A stretch of 44,332 nt of DNA, from positions 1 through 44,332 of the forward strand of contig NIVC01004490.1 of the NCBI GenBank assembly GCA_002269645.1. Direction: 5' to 3'. The notes beneath the pieces were generated by a model. That model worked only from the letters and a program-made list of their open reading frames with translations, was not told the origin of the DNA and did no database searches. How positions within the stretch are numbered: position 1 is the stretch's first letter; every line of letters begins with the position of its first letter. Source of the DNA: Macrostomum lignano (lineage: Eukaryota). Position numbers and translations under genes: made by a program. Below, in pieces: positions 1 through 10,600 of this stretch.

Positions 1-852
1 TCAGTAACTAGGCTGTAATACACTGTATCAGTCAGTAACTAGGCTGTAATACATCTGTATCAGTCAGTAAACTAGGCTGTAATACATCTGTATCAGTCAG
101 TAACTAGGCTGTATACATCTGTCTGTATCAGTCAGTAACTAGGCTGTAATACATCTGTATCAGTCAGTAACTAGGCTGTAATACATCTGTATCAGTCAGT
201 AACTAGGCTGTAATACATCGCTGTATCAGTCAGTAACTAGGCTGTAATACATCTGTATCAGTCAGTAACTAGGCTGTAATACATCTGTATCAGTCAGTAA
301 CTAGCTGTAATACACCTGTATCAGTCAGTAACTAGGCTGTAATACATCTGTATCAGTCAGTAACTAAGGCTGTAATACACTGTATCAGTCAGTAACTAAG
401 CTGTAATACACCTGTATCAGTCAGTAACTAGGCTGTAATACACCTGTATCAGTCAGTAACTTAGGCTGTAATACACCTGTATCAGTCAGTAACTAGGCTG
501 TAATACATCTGTATCAGTCAGTAACTAGGCTGTAATACACTGTATCAGTCAGTAACTAGGCTGTAATACATCTGTATCAGTCAGTAACTAGGCTGTAATA
601 CATCTGATCTGTATCAGTCAGTAACTAGGCTGTAATACACCTGTAATCAGTCAGTAACTAAGGCTGTAATACATCTGTATCAGTCAGTAACTAGGCTGTA
701 ATACATCCTGTATCAGTCAGTAATAGCTGTAATACACCTGTATCAGTCAGTAACTAGGCTGTAATACATCTGTATCAGTCAGTAACTAGGCTGGTAATAC
801 ACCTGTATCAGTCAGTAACTAGGCTGTAATACACCTGTATCAGTCAGTAACC
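1..852 (+). repeat. Intronic minisatellite, ~32-bp unit TCAGTAACTAGGCTGTAATACATCTGTATCAG, ~26 copies, runs off the left edge
   Basis: Head-to-tail units with many 1-bp indels and no unique spacers. Ends exactly at the AG acceptor (853-854) of the exon at 855. Confidence 0.97.
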
Positions 853-854
853 AG

Positions 855-1037
855 CCTGCAAAACTGAATATTTCCAGCTTCGCAGACCGTCAGCGGCGAC
901 TGCTGTTCGAGCTGCACCACATGCAGTCGCACGCGCCAGAAGCATTTTACGCTTGCATGCGGAAACAGCTGGGCATGCGGCTGGTCGACATGCTGCGGAT
1001 GAGTCGAGCCCTGCACCGACTGTCCGAGGTCACGTGA
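855..1037 (+). CDS. Terminal coding exon of an unidentified gene (PAKLNISSFADRQRRLLFELHHMQSHAPEAFYACMRKQLGMRLVDMLRMSRALHRLSEVT*)
   Basis: taaccAG acceptor, 61-codon open frame with GC-rich codon usage, TGA at 1035-1037, then AT-rich DNA. Helical-looking peptide; family not recognised. Confidence 0.7.
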   Translation, partial: PAKLNISSFADRQRRLLFELHHMQSHAPEAFYACMRKQLGMRLVDMLRMSRALHRLSEVT

Positions 1038-1127
1038 TGCTTTGATTGTAGACCGCTAAGCAGCTTGATTTGTATTTAGCCTATTAGATACTCATCTTGC
1101 ATCTTCAGCTTCCTAGATTCATATTTT

Positions 1128-1955
1128 GAGTATTGAAACCTCTCAGATCCCCAATTTGAGTATTTGACTCGCAGATCCCCAATTTGAGTATTTGACCTCT
1201 CAGATCCCCAATTTGAGTATTTGACCTCGCAGATCCCAATTTGAGTATTTGACCTGCAGATCCCCAATTTGAGTATTTGACCTCTCAGATCCCCAATTTG
1301 AGTATTTGACCTCGCAGATCCCAATTTGAGTATTTGGCCTCGCAGATCCCCAATTTAAGTATTTGACCTCCGATCCCAATTTGAGTATTTGGCCTCGCAG
1401 ATCCCAATTAAAGTATTTGACCTCGGAGATCCCAATTTAAGTATTTGGCCTCGCAGATCCCCAATTTAAGTATTTGACATCACAGATCCCCAATTTGAGT
1501 ATTGAAACCTCACAGATCCCCCATTTGAGTATTGAAACCTCACAGATCTCCCATTTGAGTATTGAAACCTCACAGATCCCCATTTGAGTATTGAAACCTC
1601 ACAGATCCCCCATTTGAGTATTGAAACCTCACAGATCTCCCATTTGAGTATTGAAACCTCACAGATCCCCATTTGAGTATTGAAACCTCACAGATCCCCA
1701 TTTGAGTATTGAAACCTCACAGATCCCCTATTTGAGTATTGAAACCTCACAGATCCCCATTTGAGTATTGAAACCTCACAGATCCCCATTTGAGTATTGA
1801 AACCTCACAGATCTCCCATTTGAGTATTGAAACCTCACAGACCCCAATTTGAGTATTTGGCCTCACAGATCCCAATTTGAGTATTTGGCCTCACACATCC
1901 CAATTTGAGTATTTGGCCTCACACATCCCCAATTTGAGTATTTGACCTCCCGAAT
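1128..1955. repeat. Minisatellite, 29-30-bp unit (CTCGCAGATCCCCAATTTGAGTATTTGAC and variant CTCACAGATCCCCATTTGAGTATTGAAAC)
   Basis: ~28 tandem units in blocks of two variants. Confidence 0.96.
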
Positions 1956-2544
1956 CCCACCATCAATGAACCATCAGTCACTCCGGCTTTCTTCGCTTTT
2001 TGGCAATCCGTCAACTTAACTTTACTGGTCAGTGCAATGCTGCTAGGCCATAATCTTTTTTTGTCATACGAGGGCCTCTTCTATGCCAGTTTTGCTGCCC
2101 CTACTGCTGCCTCTGCTGAGCCGATGCAGCTCATTTTCAACCTGTGTTTCCCTGTGTACTTTAGGACCAGCCGAAATATTTATTAGGCGCCTGTAGCTTA
2201 TTTGGCGAAGGTCATTTTTGTGTAGCAAGCTTTCAGTTTTCCACCATCTTTCTCTATACGAGTATATATTTAACAAAATGATGCACAGCACCTTCACTTG
2301 TGTAGCTTTTTGCCCTTGTATTATAATAGTTATATTTATGAAAACTTACTGAATTTTTACATTAATTTAATATAACAGTTTTTTTGACTTGCTCGAATTG
2401 GCACAAGCATTGGTTTTTGAATTTAATGGTCAAGCGGTTATTTTTGTTATGAATTCGTTTAGAATACTAAATGCTTTCTTTGCATCGAAGTCTTTGTTTT
2501 CATATATTTGTAAATTAATAGCTGAGCACCTGAAAAAAATGGTC

Positions 2545-2730
2545 ACAAGTTAGCTGCCAGTGACAATTCACTGTCGCAAATCGACTGCTAGTGATAATTA
2601 ACTGTCACAAATTGACTGCCAGTGACGATTCACTGTCACAAATTGACTGCCAGTAACGATTTACTGTCACAAATGGACTGCCAAATTCACTGTCACAAAT
2701 TGACTGCCAGTGACGATTCACTGTCACAAA
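2545..2730. repeat. Short tandem array, ~31-bp unit ACTGCCAGTGACGATTCACTGTCACAAATTG, ~6 degenerate copies
   Basis: Visible periodicity. The best units contain the mini-palindrome CAGTGA-cgat-TCACTG. Confidence 0.85.
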
Positions 2731-2799
2731 TTAATTTATTTTCTATATTAAACTAGCCAATTAAAACTATTCGAGATAATGTGCGGCATCCTTTGATCT

Positions 2800-2805
2800 T
2801 TTATT
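2800..2805 (-). terminator. AATAAA polyadenylation signal of the FATP-like gene
   Basis: TTTATT on +, ~40 nt after the TGA at 2844-2846. Confidence 0.55.
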
Positions 2806-2843
2806 GTATTGAGTATTGTTACGGCTACTAAAATGCACATAAT

Positions 2844-5800
2844 TCAGTCGCTATGGTCAGTCGAGCGCCACAGCCGGCGCAGGTCCTTCCGCAGCAGTCG
2901 ATAGTCGGCGTCGCTCAGATCCAGCAGGTCGCCAGAGTCGGGGCAGACTTCGTACTGGCCGATGACGTCACCGTCGGCGGTGCCGATTCGAACCACCCGC
3001 GGCCTGGCGTAGCAGGGCAGTCGGACTCGAACGCGCGCTTGATTCGGCGGCCGAGCTGCTGGCGGCAGAAGTCTTCAAGGTCGCCGCTGTCCGCCTCAGG
3101 CGGCAGGTTCAGACTGTCTCGGTTGGGCACCGTGTAGGCGACCTCGCCGGCGGCCAGATGACCATCGTCCTGCGGCTGGGCAGCGATGCAGGACAGCTGG
3201 CAGCGGCCGCCGCATTCCGGCAGCAGGTTAGATAGGATTGACTGCAGCTGTGGGTGAGGAGCGAGATTAAGGTGGGTGAGGAGCGGAGATTAAGGTAGAT
3301 GAGAAGCGGAGATTAAGGTAGGTGAGAAGCGGAGATTAAGGTGGGAGAGGAGCGGAGATTAAGGTGGGTGAGGAGCGGAGATTAAGGTGGGTGAGGAGCG
3401 GAGATTAAGGTGGGTGAGGAGCGGAGATTAAGGTGGGTGAGAAGCGGAGATTAAGGTGGGTGAGGAGCGGAGATTAAGGTAGGTGAGAAGCGGAGATTAA
3501 GGTGGGTGAGGAGCGGAGATTAAGGTAGGTGAGAAGCGGAGATTAAGGTGGGTGAGAAGCGGAGATTAAGGTGGGTGAGGAGCGGAGATTAAGGTGGGTG
3601 AGGAGCGGATATTAAGGTGGGTGAGGAGCGGAGATTAAGGTGGGTGAGGAGCGGAGATTAAGGTGGGTGAGGAGCGGAGATTAAGGTAGATGAGAAGCGG
3701 AGATTAAGGTAGGTGAGAAGCGGAGATTAAGGTGGGAGAGGAGCGGAGATTAAGGTGGGTGAGGAGCGGAGATTAAGGTGGGTGAGGAGCGGAGATTAAG
3801 GTGGGTGAGGAGCGGAGATTAAGGTGGGTGAGAAGCGGAGATTAAGGTGGGAGAGGAGCGGATATTAAGGTGGGTGAGGAGCGGAGATTAAGGTGGGTGA
3901 GGAGCGGAGATTAAGGTGGGTGAGGAGCGGAGATTAAGGTGGGTGAGGAGCGGAGATTAAGGTAGATGAGAAGCGGAGATTAAGGTAGGTGAGAAGCGGA
4001 GATTAAGGTGGGAGAGGAGCGGAGATTAAGGTGGGTGAGGAGCGGAGATTAAGGTGGGTGAGGAGCGGAGATTAAGGTGGGTGAGGAGCGGAGATTAAGG
4101 TGGGTGAGGAGCGGAGATTAAGGTGGGTGAGAAGCGGAGATTAAGGTGGGTGAGGAGCGGAGATTAAGGTGGGTGAGGAGCGGAGATTAAGGTAGGAGAG
4201 GAGCGGAGGTTAAGGTAGGTGAGGAGCGGAGGTTAAGGTGGGTGAGGAGTGGAGATTAAGGTAGATAAGGAGTGGAGATTAAGGTGGGCGAGGATCTGAT
4301 ACCAAGATGCTCACCTCTGCTCTGGCTGACGTCTTCCCCGGCAGCCAGTATCGGCCCTGGTGAACCGGCGGCGCCTCATCCGGCGAGTCCGTCAGGTTGC
4401 CCAGCCGCCCCACGGTCAGCGGGCTGCCCAGCCAGTGCCGATAGTCGTCGCCGGCTGGAAAACCCCGGCTAGCCGGTTGGGCCGCTCAGCAGCAGTCGCT
4501 ACCGACAAGGCGCCATCGTTGGGGAACAGCGGGAGAACGGAGTCGCCCTCCCTGCAGCCGGCTCGGCAGTCCCAGTCCGGCAAGCCAGAGTCGCCGACAG
4601 CCGCAGGAGCCGTACGGGCGCTCGGCCGGGCAGCCAAAGCGGCCGGAAGCCCACAGACACCCGGTTGGCGCCGCAATCGGCGCTCCCGGCGGCGTTGTCG
4701 CTGGCTAGGAAAGCCGGCGCACCGGCGCAGCGCCGCCGAGTTCGACAACCTCGTCGAGGCCGAACCGCTCTACGAGCTGCTGGCGACAGCCGCTTGGCAG
4801 GCCGCGGCCCAGCAGCCGGGTGGTCGAGTGCAGCCTGTCGGTGGGGCGGCCGGGTCGCCGGACCAGCTCGGCGGCCAGGGCGGCATCGTACAGGCCAGCG
4901 GTGCAGCCGTGCCTGCCGATGAGTTGCGGTACCTTCGCTTATCAGGCTCATGACATCTAAATTGATTTGGGAGTAACAGTCCACTCTGAGCCCCAGCCCC
5001 ACCTGGCAGTCCAGGTATCTAATCCGCACTCTGAGCCTCAGCCCCTACCTTGCGCAGTCAGTCCAGTAGCCAATCGGTGAGCAGTCGCTCCGCAAGACGC
5101 AGGTGGCGCCTTCGGTGATGGCCAGCCCGACGCCCGCAGCCGTGGCCAGCGCGGTGTGCAGCGGCTGGCAGATGTACAGCACGTCCTCCCGGCCCAGCTC
5201 GAGCAGCAGGCGGGGCAGAGCGGCTATTTGAAGATAGTCGGCGTGCGTCAGCGCCAGCTGCCGCCCAGCCTCAGTGGCGACCAACAGCGGGGCCCGGTGG
5301 TCCGGCTGGCGCGGCAGCGGAGGCATCAGGGCCGGATTCTCCGTCTCGGCCAGCAGCTCGGCCTCGAGGCGCAGAGCTCCGGGCAGACGTGGCGGCCTAT
5401 CCGGCTCGCCGTGGCAGCTGAGCAGCAGCCGGAGGTGGCGCAGCATCGGCAGTGCCGACAGCAGCACCGTCTCAGCGTCAGCCTCGTAGACCAGGACGGA
5501 TAGTCGGCGAAGTCGCCTGCGCCGCATGCAGGCGTCGGCGTCGGCGTCTCCCGGGTCGTCGGGATCGAGGAGAACGGCCAGGCACCCGGCCTTGGCGGCT
5601 CCCAGCCACAGAGCGGTGTGCAATGCCGAGGGCCGGACGGCGACCCCGACAGCCGCCCCGGTGGGCAGGCGGCGGCCAAGTAGGTGGCCAGCCGGGTCGC
5701 CAGATCGGCCACCAGGCCGAAGCTCCAGACCTCTTCGTCGGCGATGAAGCAGGCCTTGTCCGGCAGGGCGGCAGCTGTGGACTCGAAAGCGGCTAAAACG

Positions 5801-6020
5801 TCGGCGGCTGCCGCTGGCGTCCCAGACGGCCTGTCAAGGCTGGCCAGGTGGTAGAAGGCATCGCGCTGGAATGCCAAGCACAGGTCCAGCAGCCTGCGGC
5901 GCCAGTTTGTGAGCTCCAGTAGCACCAGCAGGGGGCGAGCAGCAGCGCACCCGGAAGGAGCAGCGTTGAAATTTCTGCATTGAATTGGCCGGTCAAAACG
6001 GCCTCGGCCCAGTCTGACAT
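2844..6020 (-). pseudogene. FATP/SLC27 (very-long-chain acyl-CoA synthetase)-like gene, 3 exons (6020-5049, 4912-4315, 3247-2844), at least 6 frameshifts, catalytic motifs lost. Pseudogene or error-containing pseudoenzyme gene.
   Basis: Colinear FATP-like segments in shifting frames: ALWLGAAKAGC (cf. LWLGMAKLGV); LHTALATAAGVGLAITEGATCVLRSDCSPIGYWTDCARHGCT (cf. LYH..G..G..L..G...VLR.KFS...FW.DC.KY.CT); LLGRGLPSGCRQQLVERFG (cf. ALGNGLR...W..FV.RF); APVRLLRL (cf. PIRLVRV); LPCYARPRVVRI (cf. LP.YARP.FLR). GT-AG introns 5048-4913 and 4314-3248 join in frame. Summed exons are ~1974 nt (~658 codons), which is FATP size. Confidence 0.75.
3250..4290. repeat. Intronic minisatellite, 23-bp unit GAGATTAAGGTGGGTGAGGAGCG, ~45 copies, fills FATP-like intron 2
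   Basis: Exact 23-bp register. The variant marker AAGGTAGAT recurs at 3292, 3683 and 3959 (17 and 12 units apart), indicating higher-order duplication. Confidence 0.98.
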
Positions 6021-7618
6021 ATCGGTCTGCTTTGGCTCTGTCTTTCAGAGTCTAATTACCTTTTTACCTTTAGGAGTCCCTGCATGCTGAAAGAGCAGCA
6101 AAAAAGGACTATGCGCTTTGTCTTCTAGCAGAAATAAAGCAGCCTCTCATTCTTCTCACCCAGCTCCCCTCCTCTCGTGTTCTGCCTGCGTACATTTGTG
6201 CGATAGAAGAACACGGCTGTCTTCACTCGGTCAACAAGTGTACTCTCGCCAGACCCTATAATGTACATGTATCTGTTCTTTTCTGGGCGCAAGCTGACAG
6301 GCTGGGTTATAGCTAGGCTTTAAGGCACACTTGACACTATCGGAGAACGTGTACAACAGGTACAGTCAGAATGGCGGAAGCTATATTTAAGCTTAAATAT
6401 AAGAAACTTAGGGTAAAATTCTGAGTTTGAATTTTCTATCGAATTTATTAATTATCGTCATTTACTCGTTTACAATTATTGACTAATGTACATGTAAACC
6501 AAATAGATACAGTCTATGCTTACATCATGGAAACTAAATTAAGAAATAAGAGGGGTGTACTGCATACTCGCAACAGTAAACAGTTACGAGGAAGTATATA
6601 TACTACTGTTTTTGTTCTCGGGTTACTTCGCTTACACGAGTTAAAAAGTTTTTTGTTTTTAAATACATGTATCTAGCTATATATCTATAAGTAGAGTAAA
6701 GTAATGTACATGTAGTTTTGTACTTTTATTAACGAATGCTTTATTAACGATGTATTCAAAAGTCTTTTTGATTCTTTAGCCATGCGTCTTGGGAGTTTCT
6801 TTCAGAAAATTAAAGATTGAAATGGTACAATTGTTGATCCTTTTTAGGTGTGGAACTGCACATGCATGATTTTTGAAGCCACTGCAATGTTTAAACTTGT
6901 GTAATTTGCAGCTATTTGATGAAAAAATAGCCTTTAATTTGACATGTGAAAAAAAATTGTGGTTACATGTACACACCAAAGAATTGGTTTTGTGGCAAAA
7001 ATAAATCTAGCAACCAGAAATTGGATTAGGGCGGAGGGACAGATCCGGTGTGTGTCAAAGCCCAAAGGGGGTGTAGGGGGTTTGACGAAAATTTAATGGG
7101 ACCCTCTTGCAATCCTTCAAGAAAAAATATCTGGGCAAAGGATCGACTGTATTTCATGACTCCACTGTAGGTAATGACTTTTGATATTTTGATAAGTAGT
7201 ATTCACAAATGCAGTTTTTAAAATCGATTGCTGCTTTAATTCTAAAAGCCATCATGACCGTTTCTGGACCACTGAAATAATTATTTAAGAACTTGTTATT
7301 ATGAAAAGAGTTTTTAAAACGTATTAGTTTCTTAGAAAGCTCCGTTATTGTTGCTCGCAAGTCATAATCTGTTACAATACAAGACATACATTGCTAATGC
7401 TGATATAAATTATATAAAACGTTCTATCAGTTGCCGTTGTGTAATAAAAAATTGAAAATTGAACTGTATAGTTCATAAAATCAATACTACTATTTTGGTC
7501 CAAAGACCAAGCCGTCCTGGGAAGACGCGGGGAGATGAGTTGTTTCGGATCTTGGTTTCTCTACTACTAATCTTTGTGCTACGTGTCGATTGCAGTTAGA
7601 AAACTAAGCAAATATTTG

Positions 7619-10600
7619 ATGGCATCTGGGCCATCAGAGCGTGATGGAGGACGAAAGCTCTCGTAAGCATAGGATTTTTGGGATTGACTCATAGTTCATA
7701 TTATTATAACTGGCGGGTTTCATTTTCACAATAGATATTCATAACTTATATACACTCAGCAACAGTCAAACCGCCACCCTTGGAAATTGGCAGAGCGATT
7801 GACTTCAGAAAAAAATACTGTAATGATGAAAGGTTTCTTACTTTCACTTTGGTATACTATGTATGTCTAAGCAAGGTGGCAGTTTTGAATGTTGCTAAAT
7901 ATACATTGACAAATGGTATTATCACTTTTAAGTATAAAGAAGCATTGATTTGAAATATACTATAAATCTATAGTAAATAATTTTCTTGAAAAAAAATTAA
8001 GTAAATAAATTAAGCTATTATAATAAAGTTATTAATTAAGAAAATTTAATTAATAAAAGGTTTTTAATTAACTAAAGTATTTACTTTTAATTATTTGCCT
8101 GAATATTAAACTACTTAAAAACTCTCAATTTAGACTAAATAAAATATATGTATAATGATAGCTATATATAAGGTTAACATAGGTAATGATATAATTTTTT
8201 TGATAAAAAGACTAAAATAAATTATATAATTAAAATAGTCATTCTTTAATTCTAAGTCTTGATCTTAAATGACTTATAAGTAGGCCAATTCATATTGCCA
8301 TTAAATCATACTAATAGTATACTAATAAGTCACTTACATGGAATGAAAGTTTATGTACTTATATAAGCTATAAGGCATATTATCATACCAATTTTGGCCT
8401 TGTTTGATAATAGTATAAGCAAGCCTTTAGACTAGGCTTAATTAAAACCTTTAATAAATCTTTGTTTCATCTAGGGCAGCTTGTTAAAGGACTTAAAATG
8501 GGACAGCTAGCTAAGGAACAAAAGAGAGGGTAACCTGCTAAGGGATTGAGGAGCTGCAATAGTCTTCTTAAATAAAGAAAATATGATATGTATCAAACTG
8601 TCATTCATTTCTTACATTTCTATAGGACAACTGGTGAAAGCCTATATCAGGTACTGGGCCTGCAGAAGGATGCAACTCCGGAACAGATTAAAAAGGCCTA
8701 TAGAAAGGTTTGCTATTAATTTATTTGTCAAATTTGCTTATGTATAGGTATGTGTATATAAGTATACAAATATATAATTAACCCTTGTCAATATTCAGCT
8801 GGCATTGCAGTATCACCCAGACAAGAATCCCGATCCAGCATCAGCTGATAGGGTATGCAGAATTTCATTATTTTTTTGATTTATTGGTGTTAGTAATTTA
8901 TTGGCCATTCCTTAGGTAGTAGCCAATGTAAAGTGGCAGTCTGTCATCATACCCATATTGCATAGCTATTCTGCAAGGGCTGGTAGCGGCAGTCTGCTGA
9001 TCTACTACTTTTCGAAATCTACTAATCTACCTACTCATCAGTAGATAACTGTCCAGTCGCCCTATTAACTTTACAGTTCAAAGAGATCAACCGAGCCAAC
9101 CGGGTTCTCAGCGATGAGACAAAGAAGAGCATCTATGACAAGTACGGCTCCATGGGGCTGCACATCGCGTCACAGTTCGGGGAGGACAATGTCAACGCTT
9201 ACTTTGTGCTGAGTCATCCCTGCTGCAAGGTAACTTTCGGGCTTTTCACCTGTTGCCTTGCTCAGAACCGAAATCGCAGTCAAAAATCCCAATCCCCATC
9301 GACCCCTCCCCCAATCTCCAGCCGGTGAATTCCCTCTCAGATTCCTATTGAGAATCGGCCTCCCATTCTCCAGCCGGTGAATTCCCTCTCAGATTCCCCA
9401 TTGAGAATCGGCATCCCCAATCTCCAGCCGGTGAATTCCCTCTCAGATTCCCCATTGAGAATCAGGCCTCCCCAATCTCCAACCGGTGAATTCCCTCTCA
9501 GATTCCCCATTGAGAATCAGGCCTCCCCAATCTCCAGCCGGTGAATTCCCTCTCAGATTCCCCATTGAGAATCGGCCTCCCCAATCTCCAGCCGGTAAAT
9601 TCCCTCTCAGATTCCCCATTGAGAATCGGCCTCCCCAATCTCCAGCCGGTGAATTCCCTTTTAGATTCCCCATTGAGAATCGGCCTCCCCAATCTCCAAC
9701 CGGTGAATTCCCTCTCAGATTCCCCATTGAGAATCGGCCTACCCAATCTCCAACCGGTGAATTCCCTCTCAGATTCCCCATTGAGAATCGGCCTCCCCAA
9801 TCTCCAGCCGGTGAATTCCCTCTCAGATTCCCCATTAAGAATTGGCTTCCCAATCTCCAGCCGGTGAATTCCCTCTCAGATTCCCCATTGAGAATAGGTC
9901 TCCCCAATCTCCAGCCGGTGAATTCCCTCTCAGATTCCCCATTGAGAATCGGCCTCCCCAATCTCCAGCCGGTGAATTCCCTCTCAGATTCCCCATTGAG
10001 AATCAGGCCTCCCCAATCTCCAGCCGGTGAATTCCCTCTCAGATTCCCCATTGAGAATCGGCATCCCCAATCTCCAGCCGGTGAATTCCCTCTCAGATTC
10101 CCCATTGAGAATCAGGCCTCCCCAATCTCCAACCGGTGAATTCCCTCTCAGATTCCCCATTGAGAATCAGGCCTCCCCAATCTCCAGCCGGTGAATTCCC
10201 TCCCAGATTCTCCATTGAGAATCAGGCCTCCCCAATCTCCAGCCGGTGAATTCCCTCTCAGATTCCCCATTGAGAATCGGCCTCCCCAATCTCCAGCCGG
10301 TGAATTCCCTCCCAGATTCCCCATTGAGAATCGGCCTCCCCAATCTCCAGCCGGTGAATTCCCTCCCAGATTCCCCATTGAGAATCGGCCTCCCCAATCT
10401 CCAGCCGGTGAATTCCCTCTCAGATTCCCCATTGAGAATCGGCCTCCCCAATCTCCAGCCGGTGAATTCCCTCCCAGATTCCCCATTGAGAATCGGCCTC
10501 CCCAATCTCCAGCCGGTGAATTCCCTCCCAGATTCCCCATTGAGAATCGGCCTCCCCAATCTCCAGCCGGTGAATTCCCTCTCAGATTCCCCATTGAGAA

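Noticed and set aside
7000-7140. G-rich hairpin-like segment as an snRNA or SL RNA gene
   Set aside because: No Sm site, donor or leader arrangement that I could recognise. No tRNA or rRNA signatures were seen anywhere in the window.
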